The notes below the pieces were generated by a model. The model ran no database searches. It was not told the origin of the DNA and worked only from the letters and a program-made list of their open reading frames with translations. This document shows, piece by piece, positions 63,146 to 64,000 of a stretch of 64,000 bases of DNA. Position 1 is the first letter of the stretch, and each line of letters begins with the position of its first letter. Both the position numbers and the translations under genes were made by a program. Origin of the DNA: Moniliella sp. 'wahieum' (taxonomy: Eukaryota); assembly GCA_003971905.1 (NCBI GenBank), contig RSEE01000009.1, positions 248,001 to 312,000 on the forward strand. Reading direction: 5' to 3'.

Positions 63146-63815
63146 TTAAAAGTTGATCAGGTCGTTGGTGATCACATACCACGTTCCTGCCGCTGCCGCT
63201 GCCGCGGCAAGGGCGAGAAGGAGGGCAACCAACGGCAGGGACACCTGAGGCATGCGCGAGGTAGATGCCTTGGCTTGTGCGCGCAGCTGGGCATTCTCTG
63301 CTTGCAGCTGCGGGATGGATGGGGACGTCGGGAGCTCCTCCGCTTCTTCCTCGGGCACCACTGCCGAGGTAGGAGGCAAGTAGGCCACGCGCAACTTTTG
63401 CTCGCTAATCTCGGCCTTGTTCACCGACGCCCAAAATTCCGTAGAAGGGAGACTGGTAGCGGTGGGACTGGCAGGCGCGCTCTGTACCAGAAACTTGTCC
63501 CGGCACTTGGCACTGAGCAGCGGTTCCTCCGCCATGGCCTGCAGCATAATCAGTACCTCGGCCGAACCCCCGGCAGGGACAAGCCAGTATTGGGCTTAAC
63601 ACAGTACTGCTTGGGCGCGGTCGTCTTGATTTTGAAAGCGACGGGGTGAGAGTGTGGGTTGGTGATGGTCAACGGTTGAGTGCCCAGGCGGGTCAAGGGG
63701 CGCGGGAAGCCCAGTTGAGAGGGCGGATCGAGTCTGGGAGGTAAGGCGAGTGAGAGGGGCAGGGATGGGAGGGTGCAGGGAGACAAAGGGGAGAAAGGAC
63801 GTACTTGACAGCCAT
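63146..63815 (-). CDS. VAMP-associated protein (VAP/Scs2-like; MSP domain and C-terminal TM anchor)
   Basis: MAVK|LDPPSQLGFPRPLT (intron 63804-63734), VAFKIKTTAPKQYCVKPN (VAP signature), KCRDKFLVQS, EQKLRVAYL, hydrophobic tail LPLVALLLALAAAAAAAGTWYVI. Confidence 0.9.
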
Positions 63816-64000
63816 AACGACGATCGAAGGTGGCTGGTGGCAGAGGTGGAGAAGACGGTGGTGGGGCAAGCTTCAAGCGCCTGGCGTTCAACAAAGCTTG
63901 ACAAATTGGCGTGGCGTCCTGTCGCCTTTTGCTGAGAAGGGGTTGAAACCGCTTGGACCGACCAGCCAGCCCCTCTGGCGCTCAGGCGCTCAGGCCGCCG

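Overview
Eukaryotic, GC-rich, intron-poor fungal DNA, most likely a basidiomycete (GT-AG introns with CTRAC branch points, an intron-containing tRNA, fungal-type genes). Almost every gene is broken by single-base frameshifts. This looks like uncorrected long-read error rather than pseudogenisation, so gene coordinates are outer spans stitched across frames. Genes: a secreted Ser-rich alpha/beta hydrolase, tRNA-Val(AAC), an ankyrin protein, a PP4R1-like HEAT protein, a bZIP-like factor, nicotinamidase, a peroxisomal adenine-nucleotide carrier, an amino-acid permease, a C2H2 factor, tubulin cofactor E, a TBC Rab-GAP, a stand-alone ErdS-type DUF2156 aminoacyl-tRNA transferase, a repetitive coiled-coil protein, NDUFA4/B12D and a VAP/MSP protein. 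Mobile DNA: a young chromoviral Ty3/Gypsy element with a 5-bp TSD and a damaged 5' LTR, a related solo LTR, an LTR scrap, and two decayed CRE/Cnl1-like non-LTR elements. Most notable: (1) intergenic 7-bp-periodic arrays built from many different A-NNNN-T palindromes plus one spacer base; (2) a DUF2156 transferase with no AspRS partner domain; (3) a long, strongly base-paired intron in the nicotinamidase gene; (4) an orphan Nup98 autoprotease fragment. All assignments come from reading motifs by eye; no database search was run.
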